A stretch of DNA of 64,000 nucleotides, taken from the NCBI GenBank assembly GCA_017398725.1, contig JAFQFA010000013.1, positions 27,010-91,009 of the forward strand. Reading direction: 5' to 3'. Shown here in pieces: positions 21,001-30,297 of the stretch. The DNA is from Oscillospiraceae bacterium (GTDB lineage: Bacteria > Bacillota > Clostridia > Oscillospirales > Oscillospiraceae). Numbering within the stretch: position 1 is the first letter of the stretch; every line of letters starts with the position of its first letter. Made by a program: the position numbers and the translations under genes. The notes below the pieces were generated by a model. That model searched no databases, was not told where the DNA came from, and saw nothing but the letters and a program-made list of their open reading frames with translations.

Positions 21001-22600
21001 GGACAGCAGCAGCGATAACTTCACAAATGCCTCCGGCAGCGCACAATGGACGCAGGCAGATCGCGTCAACACTGCCCCGCGCTTTATTGCGCCCAACGGC
21101 AACACATATTATGCCATCTGCGAAAACGATACCGTAACTTACCACCGTTTACACATGGCGTTAACAGATATAACTTTACGTCCCTCCGATGTCGGTCTTT
21201 ACTACACAGGTGTTTGGGAATGCGACAGCCACTTGGCAGCACAAATCGAAAGCTGCGGCATCGGCGTCAGCCTTGCTGATATGCCCAAAGCAAATATGCA
21301 TGCCGATACGGACACCATCGTTGTAAACTTCCCCAGTGAAAAACTAATAAACAGCGTCTGCAACAGCATTATAGTGAAGAACATTTTCAAAAATAATATC
21401 AACGCCGCAACAAACCAAGACCGCGGTGAGATGCCTATATACGCAGAGCCTTTTGTAGTATTCCGGGATGGTACTGTCTATACCACAGACGAAACGAACG
21501 GTGCCGACTACAGCCTTTACAGTTTCTTGGAAGCTGCAGACCGCAACATCACTGCCGACCCGGTAACGCATAGAAAAACAGAGAAGCAATTGTGGGACTT
21601 CTATGTAACATGGCAGGAAAAAGGCGCAGGAAACTGGAAGTTCGATAAAATTAAAAAACCCGTTGAACCCCAAGATGACGATGTGATGAAGATCCTGATG
21701 ATCGGACAGAGCCATGCTCAAGATACCATTTGGATGCTCTACGATGTACTAAAGGCCGAAATGCCGGATCAAGACTTTTTGGTAGTGGATGTTTACCGTT
21801 CCGTGCCCCTTGATGACCATGTAGCAAATATCAAAAACCAAGCTGCGGTATACGACTATTACCAAAATACAAACGGTGCTATGGAACACACACCAAACAC
21901 CACCATCACGGAAGCGCTGGTGCGAGAAAACTGGGATGTGATCATGTTTAACGAAGCAACATGGCCCCAAACCAGAGAGGAGTCCTATAAAAACGGCAAT
22001 TTTGAATTTATGATCAACCACATTCGGGAATACGCGCAAACCGGTTTCCGACTGGCTTATAATGCCACATGGGCGCAGCCTGTCAGTGCAGAGTTGTATA
22101 AACCGGAACGCCGCCAACCGCCTGCCGATTTCCGGAACAATTTCACAGCATACTTTGAGGGAAACCGGCTGAGCCACTTTGCCAAAATCTGTCAGAACAT
22201 GGAAACCTTCGTTGAAACCAACGAAGAATTTGATCTAGTATTCTACAGCGGCACAGCCATCCAATACGCCAGTGAAACCCATGGTGTACCGGAAGGAGAT
22301 CCTGCTCGTATTTATGACCTTTACCGGGATTACACCCACCTTTCCGACTTTGGCCGGCTGCTGGTTGGCTATCAGCTATACGCCCAGATATATGGCTTAG
22401 AGGAATTGACACAGGTGAATGTAGATTTGATCCCTCAGCACATGCGTGCAACAGATCGGGAAAAGGCCTTTGGTGATATTAAAATTACCTCCGCCCATAA
22501 AGAAGCCATCATCGCCAGTGTCAATTACGCATTGAAAAACCCCCACAAAGCACCGCCCCAGACTGCAAGACCTACCCCTATTCTGGAACCCCTTAGCTAA
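18047..22600 (+). CDS. Large secreted protein: repeated CPxC/GHYYL-capped parallel beta-helix modules + C-terminal DUF4886/SGNH-like domain
   Basis: GTG start after AAAGGAG; signal peptide; many GG(N/A/S)(I/L/A)Y repeats; C-terminal KILMIGQS...WDVIMF...WAQ...GTAIQ...RDYTHLSDFG aligns by eye with the lipoproteins at 49130-50952. Confidence 0.8.
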   Translation: MKKYIYWLIAVTLLISLMAVSVMATPEQCPCSCGQNLTQIQWTPWNVNETGNPATGHYYLTEDYAQSAQYTVNSGSRVVLDLRGHNLTTENAFRLFLIYGDLSIIDTVGGGCLSAKTTGKAVGGVLQVYYKNSDCGILRLQNVTVMPHVENSGAKNGGLIYVGDDCTLELDGCTLFGGNSDSNGGCIYAGPNSQLYIKDTTIMGCRAAVSGGSIYSSGDVTVTDSKIWGGIAQNAGGNIYKTGGTLTLDGSDIAFGTSYGATSHYSGGNLCSLGNATVICQNNTVLRDGYGAYAGGNAYIASGKQTFTDTVITGGVARNIGANLACTSASAVTTITDCRIDGDVHFSDGSLTLRGSTKIGLGSYGLDLNDGTATLMIQAAGLTQGAEIFVEATGIFTNDQSSKDFFKPALHTSAITVTASGQLSATYASSGEMGGYCPHCYDPENPKTVVWTAFTGNTELTSGHYYLSANTTGQYNLPQDTDFVLDLNGKTLRSSQRAFTTTGANATLSILDGVGIGKVCGGGSSNAGGGVIYSLQEAFQLNVYGGQLVYEKTASNTVLSGSVVSVAQNNSQVNIYGGVLDGSAQNYTTGNYGGTLFMGNVGTNKSFTMTAGRLLGGDAQYGGNVYLGNYVNATITGGVLQNGTGVEDGGNLRVNGNSATNRSEISIENCMILDGNVTGAFSGGNAYFINTNVTLENCYFESGRAANTGGNLRTGAATKLIANDTLLVKGNSTKGGNLYTAATNGENIFENCQFLAGNADNGGNAYLNHGKNTFTGGKVAFGTASAAGGNIYAHAGNYNAENQFTKLTGGVLLCGGNAGGNGGNLNVIGIVELDNVHIASGSAAAGHDIYLNKGATKTLLTLTDRVTGSISMAVDNALLSKNVYGDTIACTAATGINATIALEGDYGLPGILPKDGVLCVANVSVIDSHGQETWHTDSGTAMNACGSNDYIKLYAPVTLDLTKDCAVDLNGQAVSITGSGMLLGMDSSSDNFTNASGSAQWTQADRVNTAPRFIAPNGNTYYAICENDTVTYHRLHMALTDITLRPSDVGLYYTGVWECDSHLAAQIESCGIGVSLADMPKANMHADTDTIVVNFPSEKLINSVCNSIIVKNIFKNNINAATNQDRGEMPIYAEPFVVFRDGTVYTTDETNGADYSLYSFLEAADRNITADPVTHRKTEKQLWDFYVTWQEKGAGNWKFDKIKKPVEPQDDDVMKILMIGQSHAQDTIWMLYDVLKAEMPDQDFLVVDVYRSVPLDDHVANIKNQAAVYDYYQNTNGAMEHTPNTTITEALVRENWDVIMFNEATWPQTREESYKNGNFEFMINHIREYAQTGFRLAYNATWAQPVSAELYKPERRQPPADFRNNFTAYFEGNRLSHFAKICQNMETFVETNEEFDLVFYSGTAIQYASETHGVPEGDPARIYDLYRDYTHLSDFGRLLVGYQLYAQIYGLEELTQVNVDLIPQHMRATDREKAFGDIKITSAHKEAIIASVNYALKNPHKAPPQTARPTPILEPLS

Positions 22601-22662
22601 ATTTCCATACCCGCCACAAGCTTGTGGGTTATTTACCGCAGTTTAATGACGGAGAACATGAT

Positions 22663-22710
22663 AAAGCCTCCGAATTGGGCGGCCCGCTGCCCAATCCGGA
22701 GGCTTTTCTT
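22663..22710 (+). terminator. Terminator after the large protein
   Basis: AAAGCCTCCGAATTGGGC...GCCCAATCCGGAGGCTTTT. Confidence 0.75.
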
Positions 22711-22728
22711 ATATTGGTTAATCAAAGT

Positions 22729-22764
22729 TAAAACGTGCTGCAAGCATTGCTTGCAGCACTTTTT
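22729..22764 (-). terminator. Terminator after purL
   Basis: GTGCTGCAAGC-att-GCTTGCAGCAC flanked by A/T tracts. Confidence 0.75.
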
Positions 22765-22773
22765 ATTAAATGA

Positions 22774-25700
22774 TTACTTAAAGTACTCAACAGCAGAACG
22801 GAACATGCCGATATCATAATTACCGGGCACATTCTTGTAAAGACCATCGCCGATGCGTTCGCTGTGACCCATCTTGCCGAATACTCTGCCATCAGGAGAA
22901 GTAATACCCTCGATGGCAAAGATAGAACCGTTGGGGTTAAACCGTACATCTGCAGTGGCATTCCCATCCAGATCCACATACTGGGTAGCAACCTGACCAT
23001 TCGCAATCAGCTTGCGGGCAAGCTCTTCAGATGCTAAGAATCGGCCCTCGCCATGGGAGATCGCAACATTATAAATATCGCCGACCTTCGTATTGGCAAG
23101 CCAAGGAGAGTTATTGGAAGCCACGCGGGTACGCACAATACGGCTCTGGTGGCGGCCAATGACGTTAAATGTCAATGTGGCACAATTCTCATCGGTATCA
23201 ATAATCTTACCGTAGGGAACCAATCCCAGCTTGATAAGGGCTTGGAAGCCGTTACAGATACCGCACATCAGGCCATCGCGCTGCTCCAGCAGCTTCGTGA
23301 CCTCTTCCTTAATAGCAGCATTACGGAAGAAGGCAGTAATGAACTTACCGGAGCCATCCGGCTCGTCGCCGCCGGAGAAGCCGCCGGGAATGAAGATCAT
23401 TTGGCTTTCCTTGACCTTTTCGGCAAAGGATTCCACGCTACGGGCAATGGCGTCTGCACTCATGTTCTTCACAACAAAGATCTCAGGTTCTGCACCGGCA
23501 TCGGTAACGGCTCGGGCGGAATCATATTCGCAGTTGGTGCCGGGGAACACGGGGATCAGAACCTTAGGCTTTGCAACCTTAACAGCAGGTGCAACGCGGG
23601 TCTTCTCGGGCGTAGAAACCGTTTCAATAGGAGTCTGCACGTCGGCAATATTGCAGGTGTATACGGACTCCAACTTATCCTCATAAGCCTTCTGCAGCTG
23701 CGCAAGGCAAACCGCTTCACCGTTCAGCGCAATATGTGCATCTGCAACAGTCTTACCGATCACTGCACCCAGTTCACCCTCTGCCATTTCCAGCAGGAAG
23801 CCGCCGTAGTTGTAGCCAAACAACTCGGAAACAGAAATGTTTTCAAGCTCAGCGCCAACACCGTTACCCATTGCCATCTTCAGCACAGCTTCACCAACGC
23901 CGCCGATACCGGGTGTATAGGCTGCGACTACCTTGCCTTCACGCATTGCCTTTGTAACCGCATTGAAGTTAGCAAGCAGGCTTTCGGTCACAGGCAGACC
24001 GTTAGCATCATAATCAGGCACAAGCAGGCACAGCTTGTGACCGGGTGCCTTAAACTCATTGGAAATGATGTTGCCCACCTTATCGGTAGTAATGGCAAAG
24101 GAAACCAGCGTGGGAGGCACATCGATATCCTCAAAGGTGCCGGACATAGAGTCTTTACCGCCAATGGCCGCGATCTTCAGGTCCATCTGGGCTTTGAATG
24201 CACCCAGCAGGGCTGCCGTGGGCTGACCCCAGCGCTTGGCATCCTTGCCTACCCGCAGGAAATACTCTTGGAAGGTCAGATAAACATCTTCATAGCTGGC
24301 GCCGGTGGCAATCAGCTTGGATGCGGACTCAACAACAGCCAGATATGCGCCGTGGTAAGGGCTCTTCTCCGTGATAAAGGGGTTATAGCCCCAGCTCATC
24401 ACAGAGCAATCATCGGTATGTCCCTTCTCAAGGCTGACCTTATGTACCATCGCCTGAATGGGAGTCTGCTGGTGCTTTCCGCCGAAGGGCATCAGCACGG
24501 TACCTGCGCCGATGGTTGCGTCAAACCGCTCGGAAAGCCCCCGCTTAGAGCAGGTATTTAGGTCAGTAGCAACCCGGGTCATATTTTCAGTAAAGGTTCC
24601 GGTGACCTGAGGCGCAAATGCAGCAGGCTTAGAAAGCTCCACATTCACATGCTTCTCAGCGCCATTGGAATTCAGGAATTCGCGGCTGATGTCACAAATA
24701 GTCTGTCCGTTCCAGAACATCTGCAAACGGGGCTGCTCAGTAACTGTTGCCACAACGGTGGCTTCCAGATTTTCCTGTGCTGCCAGTTCCAAGAAACGGG
24801 CCACATTCTCGGGCGCAACCACAATAGCCATACGCTCCTGAGATTCAGAAATAGCCAGTTCCGTACCATCCAGACCCTCATATTTCTTGGGAACTTTGTT
24901 CAAATCGATCTGCAGACCGTCAGCAAGCTCGCCGATTGCAACCGATACGCCGCCGGCGCCAAAGTCATTACAACGCTTGATCATCACGGCAGCTTCGCCG
25001 TTACGGAACAGGCGCTGCAGTTTCCGTTCTTCAGGCGCATTACCCTTCTGAACTTCTGCGCCGCAGGAAGACAGCGATTCCACAGTATGGCTCTTGGAAG
25101 AACCGGTAGCGCCGCCGCAGCCGTCTCGGCCGGTCTTACCGCCCAGCAGGATCACCTGATCGCCGGGTGCGGGGAAGTCGGGTTTGGAATGGTCTTCATG
25201 AACAGCACCCACAACAGCACCGATCTCCATGCGCTTTGCCGCATAGCCGGGATGATAGAGCTCGTCCACCATGCCGGTGCAAAGACCGATCTGGTTACCA
25301 TAGGAAGAATAGCCTGCAGCAGCTGTGGTGACGATCTTCCGCTGAGGCAGCTTACCCTTAATGGTTTCGCTAACAGGCTTCAAAGGATCTGCAGCACCGG
25401 TGACGCGCATAGCCGCGTACACATAGGCACGGCTGGCCAAGGGGTCACGGATGGCGCCGCCGATACAGGTGGCCGCACCGCCAAAAGGCTCGATCTCGGT
25501 GGGATGATTATGGGTCTCGTTTTTGAACAGCAGCAACCACGGCTGTTCTTCCCCATCAACCGTCACGGTCATACGAACCGTACAGGCGTTGATCTCTTCG
25601 GACTCATACAGTTTTTCCAGCATGCCGTTCTTTCGCAGGTACTTACCGGCCAATGTACCAATGTCCATCAGGTTGATGGGCTTGGTGCGGCCCAGCTCCT

Positions 25701-26454
25701 TACGGGTTGCAATATAGTCGTTATAAGCAGCCTGCAGCAGATCATCCTCAAATTTTACATCGTCGATGGTAGTAAGGAACGTGGTGTGACGGCAATGATC
25801 GGACCAATAGGTATCGATCATACGGATCTCCGTAATGGTAGGATTGCGATTCTCGGTCTTAAAATAGGCTTGGCAGAATGTGATATCGTCCAAGTCCATG
25901 GCAAGACCAAGGGTCTTAACAAGATCTGCAAGACCGTTGCGATCCAGATCAAGGAAGCCTTCAACCGTTGCCACAGATTCCGGAACTGTGACTTCCAGCT
26001 CCAAAGTCTGAGGGATTTCCAAACTTGCTTCACGGCATTCAACCGGGTTAATCACATGATGACGGATCGCATCGATATCAGCTTCGGACAAGTCGCCTTC
26101 CAGCACATACACACGGGCAGTCCGCACAAGGGGGCGTTCCCCCTGAGACAGGATCTGGATGCACTGCGCTGCAGAATCCGCTCTCTGATCGTACTGACCG
26201 GGAAGCGGCTCAACCGCAAACACTACCTTGCCGGCAGGCAAATCATAGGTAACATTATCTACTTGAGGTTCAGAGAACACCGTACCTACCGCATAAGTAA
26301 ACAGTTCCTTTTCGATCTTCTCCACATCATAACGATTCAGCACCCGAACCGACTGCAAACCTTTGATTTGGAGAAATTCCCGAACCTCTTTCAAGAGACT
26401 GTCCGCCTCATGGGTCTGACCCGGTTTCTTCTCAACATAAACGCGATATACCAT
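22774..26454 (-). CDS. purL: Phosphoribosylformylglycinamidine synthase (single-chain large PurL)
   Basis: YWSDHCRH, KNETHNHPTEIEPFGGA, glutaminase GICNGFQ and GHSER intact. Confidence 0.98.
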   Translation of the reverse strand: MVYRVYVEKKPGQTHEADSLLKEVREFLQIKGLQSVRVLNRYDVEKIEKELFTYAVGTVFSEPQVDNVTYDLPAGKVVFAVEPLPGQYDQRADSAAQCIQILSQGERPLVRTARVYVLEGDLSEADIDAIRHHVINPVECREASLEIPQTLELEVTVPESVATVEGFLDLDRNGLADLVKTLGLAMDLDDITFCQAYFKTENRNPTITEIRMIDTYWSDHCRHTTFLTTIDDVKFEDDLLQAAYNDYIATRKELGRTKPINLMDIGTLAGKYLRKNGMLEKLYESEEINACTVRMTVTVDGEEQPWLLLFKNETHNHPTEIEPFGGAATCIGGAIRDPLASRAYVYAAMRVTGAADPLKPVSETIKGKLPQRKIVTTAAAGYSSYGNQIGLCTGMVDELYHPGYAAKRMEIGAVVGAVHEDHSKPDFPAPGDQVILLGGKTGRDGCGGATGSSKSHTVESLSSCGAEVQKGNAPEERKLQRLFRNGEAAVMIKRCNDFGAGGVSVAIGELADGLQIDLNKVPKKYEGLDGTELAISESQERMAIVVAPENVARFLELAAQENLEATVVATVTEQPRLQMFWNGQTICDISREFLNSNGAEKHVNVELSKPAAFAPQVTGTFTENMTRVATDLNTCSKRGLSERFDATIGAGTVLMPFGGKHQQTPIQAMVHKVSLEKGHTDDCSVMSWGYNPFITEKSPYHGAYLAVVESASKLIATGASYEDVYLTFQEYFLRVGKDAKRWGQPTAALLGAFKAQMDLKIAAIGGKDSMSGTFEDIDVPPTLVSFAITTDKVGNIISNEFKAPGHKLCLLVPDYDANGLPVTESLLANFNAVTKAMREGKVVAAYTPGIGGVGEAVLKMAMGNGVGAELENISVSELFGYNYGGFLLEMAEGELGAVIGKTVADAHIALNGEAVCLAQLQKAYEDKLESVYTCNIADVQTPIETVSTPEKTRVAPAVKVAKPKVLIPVFPGTNCEYDSARAVTDAGAEPEIFVVKNMSADAIARSVESFAEKVKESQMIFIPGGFSGGDEPDGSGKFITAFFRNAAIKEEVTKLLEQRDGLMCGICNGFQALIKLGLVPYGKIIDTDENCATLTFNVIGRHQSRIVRTRVASNNSPWLANTKVGDIYNVAISHGEGRFLASEELARKLIANGQVATQYVDLDGNATADVRFNPNGSIFAIEGITSPDGRVFGKMGHSERIGDGLYKNVPGNYDIGMFRSAVEYFK

Positions 26455-26468
26455 ATCGTTAACTCCTC

Positions 26469-27734
26469 TTATTTCAATGCGGCCAAACCACGCTGACCGA
26501 TATCACTTCTGCGATAGGCCTTCTCAAACTGTACGCCGTCAGCCAGTCTGTAAGCTTCGCGCACAGCTTCCTCCAGAGAATCCGCAACAGCGGTGGTTCC
26601 GGTCACACGTCCACCGGATGTCAGCAACTTGCCGTCCTGCAACTTTGCGCCTGCTACATAGGTATGTGCACAAGCTTCATCCGACATGGTAATTTCAAAG
26701 CCTTTTTGATAGCTCTCAGGATAACCTGCAGAAGCTGTAATCACACAGCAAGCATGCTGATCCGCAAACTTCACCTCAGTTTCGGCCAGTGTGCCGTTGG
26801 TAGTGGCCTGCATAACTGTCAACAAGTCACTTTCCATCAGCGGAAGGACGACCTGTGTTTCCGGATCACCAAAACGGCAGTTATACTCAATAACCTTGGG
26901 GCCGTTAGGCGTCAGCATCAGGCCAAAATACAAGCAGCCCTTAAAAGCACGATCTTCGGCCTTCATCGCCCGGATCGTAGGCAGGAAGATCTTTTCCATG
27001 CATTCTTGGGCGATTTCATTTGTGTAATAGGGGTTGGGCGCAATGGTGCCCATACCGCCTGTATTCAAACCGGTGTCGTTATCCCCTGCCCGCTTATGGT
27101 CCATGGAGGAAACCATAGGTTTGACAACATTACCATCGGTAAAGGCCAGTACAGATACCTCAGGGCCGGTGAGGAACTCCTCAATAACAACAGTAGAGCC
27201 GGATTTACCGAACTTGGCATTGGCCATCATATCGGTAACCGCCTCGATCGCTTCCTCCCTGCTCTGGGCGATAATAACACCCTTGCCCAGCGCCAAGCCG
27301 TCTGCCTTAACAACCGTGGGAATGGGAGCCGTCTTCAAATAAGCAATCGCTGCATCCAGTTCGGTAAAGATCTCGTAAGCGGCGGTAGGAATACCGTACT
27401 TCTTCATCAAATCCTTAGAGAACGCCTTGCTGCCCTCAATGATTGCAGCCTTTGCCTCCGGACCAAAGCAAGGAATGCCAACAGCATTAAGCCGGTCAAC
27501 GCAGCCCAACACCAACGGATCATCGGGGGCAACCACTGCATAGTCAATGGCATTTGCCTTCGCAAAATCCACAATCGCATCCAGATCCGTCGCTGCAATA
27601 GAAACGCAAGTGGCATCGGCGGCAATGCCGCCGTTGCCGGGTAGCGCATAAATTGCTTCAATAGAACTATTTTCTTTCAATTTGCGGATGATGGCATGCT
27701 CTCTGCCGCCACCACCTACTACCATTACTTTCAT
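26469..27734 (-). CDS. purD: Phosphoribosylamine-glycine ligase
   Basis: GGGGREHA, KADGLALGKGV, GLNTGGMG, EYNCRFGDPE. Confidence 0.98.
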   Translation of the reverse strand: MKVMVVGGGGREHAIIRKLKENSSIEAIYALPGNGGIAADATCVSIAATDLDAIVDFAKANAIDYAVVAPDDPLVLGCVDRLNAVGIPCFGPEAKAAIIEGSKAFSKDLMKKYGIPTAAYEIFTELDAAIAYLKTAPIPTVVKADGLALGKGVIIAQSREEAIEAVTDMMANAKFGKSGSTVVIEEFLTGPEVSVLAFTDGNVVKPMVSSMDHKRAGDNDTGLNTGGMGTIAPNPYYTNEIAQECMEKIFLPTIRAMKAEDRAFKGCLYFGLMLTPNGPKVIEYNCRFGDPETQVVLPLMESDLLTVMQATTNGTLAETEVKFADQHACCVITASAGYPESYQKGFEITMSDEACAHTYVAGAKLQDGKLLTSGGRVTGTTAVADSLEEAVREAYRLADGVQFEKAYRRSDIGQRGLAALK

Positions 27735-27751
27735 AGTGTTTCCTCCACAAA

Positions 27752-28936
27752 TTAGTGGTGGAACAAACGCATGCCGGTAAAGGCCATCACGATGCCCCGC
27801 TTATTGCACTCTTCGATAACAAGGTCATCGCGGATAGAGCCGCCGGGCTCTGCAATGTACTTAACGCCGGATGCAGCGGCACGCTTGATATTATCGCTGA
27901 AGGGGAAGAATGCATCGGAGCCCAACGCAACATTCTGGCGAGTGGACAGCCATGCTTTCTTGTCTTCTTCCGTCAAACGCTCAGGCTGCTGTGTGAAGTA
28001 GTTCTGCCAGATACCATCCGCACAAACATCTTCTTCATTGCCGTTGATATATCCGTCAATTACATTATCCCGGTTGGGGCGACCCAAATCCTCGCGGAAA
28101 GGCAGGTTCAGGGTCTTGGGATGCTGACGCAGGAACCATGTATCTGCCTTAGAGCCGGCAAGACGGGTGCAGTGGATTCGGCTCTGCTGACCGGCACCGA
28201 CGCCGATTGCCTGACCGTCAACGGCATAGCAAACGGAGTTGGACTGGGTGTACTTCAGGGTAATCAAAGAAACGATCAGGTCAATCTTCGCACTTTCGGG
28301 AAGTTCTTTGTTGTCGGTTACAATATTTTTCAACAGTTCTTCATCAATCTTGAAGTTATTGCGTCCCTGCTGGAAAGTAATACCGTAAACCTGCTTGTTC
28401 TCTGCCTCAGCAGGAACATAATCCGGGTTAATGGCAACCACATTGTAGGTACCCTTGCGCTTGGTCTTCAAAATCTCCAACGCCTCCTCAGTGTAACCGG
28501 GAGCAATCACGCCGTCGGAGACCTCGCGGGCAATCAGTTTGGCGGTCAGCGCGTCACAGGTGTCGCTCAGCGCAACCCAGTCGCCGAAGGAACACATACG
28601 GTCAGTGCCGCGGGCGCGCGCATAAGCGCAAGCCAGAGGATTCTCGTCCAGTTCAGGAATATCGTCCACAAAGCAAGCCTTCTTCAGATCCTCGCTCAGG
28701 GGCTTACCAACAGCCGCAGAAGTAGGAGAAACGTGCTTAAAGGATGTGGCAGCAACCATACCGGTAGCAGCCTTCAGTTCCTTGACCAACTGCCAAGAAT
28801 TCAGCGCATCCATAAAGTTGATATAGCCGGGACGGCCATTGAGAATGGTAAAAGGCAGTTCGCTGCCATCGTGCATATATAGCTTTGCAGGCTTCTGATT
28901 GGGGTTGCAGCCATACTTCAATTCAAACTCTTTCAT
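27752..28936 (-). CDS. purH: AICAR formyltransferase (monofunctional PurH-type, lacking the IMP cyclohydrolase domain)
   Basis: Starts at LKYGCNPNQ; SFKHVSP, GQQSRIHC, SDAFFPF, RLFHH; 394 aa. Confidence 0.92.
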   Translation of the reverse strand: MKEFELKYGCNPNQKPAKLYMHDGSELPFTILNGRPGYINFMDALNSWQLVKELKAATGMVAATSFKHVSPTSAAVGKPLSEDLKKACFVDDIPELDENPLACAYARARGTDRMCSFGDWVALSDTCDALTAKLIAREVSDGVIAPGYTEEALEILKTKRKGTYNVVAINPDYVPAEAENKQVYGITFQQGRNNFKIDEELLKNIVTDNKELPESAKIDLIVSLITLKYTQSNSVCYAVDGQAIGVGAGQQSRIHCTRLAGSKADTWFLRQHPKTLNLPFREDLGRPNRDNVIDGYINGNEEDVCADGIWQNYFTQQPERLTEEDKKAWLSTRQNVALGSDAFFPFSDNIKRAAASGVKYIAEPGGSIRDDLVIEECNKRGIVMAFTGMRLFHH

Positions 28937-28948
28937 AATGCGATCTCC

Positions 28949-29662
28949 TTATGCATGCTTATTCAGAATCCGCTGCTCAAAAGCGCCGGTTTCCAGATTG
29001 GTATAACGGACAAACAAAGAAATTTTATTATCGGGATTCAGGTTCTCCCAAAGCATGTCAGTAAATGCTTCCATATCATCCAGAATTTCCACTCGCTCCG
29101 GTTCACCTTGGAATGTAGGAATGACGGGGTTGCCATCACACACATAGGTATGGATAAAATGACCCAAGCCTGCAATAGCAGGATACTCATAGAAGAATCT
29201 TGCACAGGCACTGCCTTGGGCATCCGCAGCTTTCAAAATGGACATTTTGTAGCTGCCATCGCCTGCCAGCAGGCCGGAAATTCTCGGAGTCCAGTTGGGG
29301 CCGTCATCCTCAAACATACGGGTACGCAGGGCTGCCTCCCAGCTTTCGCCACGAGCCAGATACTCCCAAATCGTATCCGTCTGATCACCGTTGGTCACGA
29401 TCAGACCGCAGCCAGCTTCCCGAACAGGATGATAAATGATCAAATGAGGATCCTTCATCAAGCTGGGATCGTGTGCTTCTGTGCGGATACCATCGGGTTC
29501 TTGCACAAACACACGGTTGCGGCTGTTCACACTGCGACCCATAATGAAGTAGGCCGCAACAGAATACTTACCATTGGGAGTAACGCCGAGAACAATACCG
29601 CGACCGGGATATACATTGGTGGAAAGCTTTTCCGCCATAGAACCGGTTTCATAAACGTTCAT
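28949..29662 (-). CDS. Stand-alone IMP cyclohydrolase (PurO-like fold)
   Basis: YPGRGI, YFIMGRSVNSRNR, IVTNGDQTD, TPRISG, FIHTY; sits next to the monofunctional PurH. Confidence 0.85.
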   Translation of the reverse strand: MNVYETGSMAEKLSTNVYPGRGIVLGVTPNGKYSVAAYFIMGRSVNSRNRVFVQEPDGIRTEAHDPSLMKDPHLIIYHPVREAGCGLIVTNGDQTDTIWEYLARGESWEAALRTRMFEDDGPNWTPRISGLLAGDGSYKMSILKAADAQGSACARFFYEYPAIAGLGHFIHTYVCDGNPVIPTFQGEPERVEILDDMEAFTDMLWENLNPDNKISLFVRYTNLETGAFEQRILNKHA

Positions 29663-29679
29663 ATGATTCATCCTTTCAA

Positions 29680-30285
29680 TCAGCCGATCAGCTGCTTGCT
29701 GACCAATTCTACCGCAGCGGGAAGGATCTTCCATTCCGCCTGCTCCATCACTCTGCGCTGGAGGATTTCGGGGGTATCCCCTTCCATGATCTCTACAGCT
29801 TTTTGCAGAATGATCTTACCTCCATCAGGGATCTCATTGACAAAGTGCACCGTTGCGCCGGTAACCTTTACGCCGTATGCCAAGGCTTCTTCGTGTACGC
29901 GCAGGCCATAATAACCCACACCGCAGAAGGACGGGATCAAGGAAGGATGTACATTCAAAATCCGCTCCGGATAATCCTTGGTGAAATTCTCACTGAGAAT
30001 GGACATAAAGCCTGCCAGCACGATCAAATCGATCCGATGCGCAGATAGCAACTCCTTGATCCGGGATTCAAACGCTTCCTGATCCCCGCCAAGCTGCTTT
30101 TTGCTCACGGTCTGCGTAGGAATCCCCGCCTTGGCTGCCCGCTCCAATGCATAAGCACCGGGGTTGTTAGAGATCACCAGTGCGATCTCACCGCTATGAA
30201 TCGTGCCGGCGCCTTGGGCGTCAATCAACGCCTGCAGGTTTGTTCCGCCGCCGGATACCAATACCGCAATTCTTGCCTTTGTCAT
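29680..30285 (-). CDS. purN: Phosphoribosylglycinamide formyltransferase
   Basis: VSGGGTNLQA, LAGFMSIL, NVHPSL, GATVHFV. Confidence 0.97.
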   Translation of the reverse strand: MTKARIAVLVSGGGTNLQALIDAQGAGTIHSGEIALVISNNPGAYALERAAKAGIPTQTVSKKQLGGDQEAFESRIKELLSAHRIDLIVLAGFMSILSENFTKDYPERILNVHPSLIPSFCGVGYYGLRVHEEALAYGVKVTGATVHFVNEIPDGGKIILQKAVEIMEGDTPEILQRRVMEQAEWKILPAAVELVSKQLIG

Positions 30286-30297
30286 GAACAAAGCTCC

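Noticed and set aside
22610-22632. CCACAAGCTTGTGG palindrome as a REP or IS end
   Set aside because: Single short occurrence in the window and no transposase nearby.
23053-26496. Long plus-strand ORFs (502 and 615 aa) and similar ones at 27755, 38393, 39902 and 52273
   Set aside because: They are antisense shadows of well-supported, codon-biased genes (purL, purH, carB, tyrS) with no recognisable motifs.
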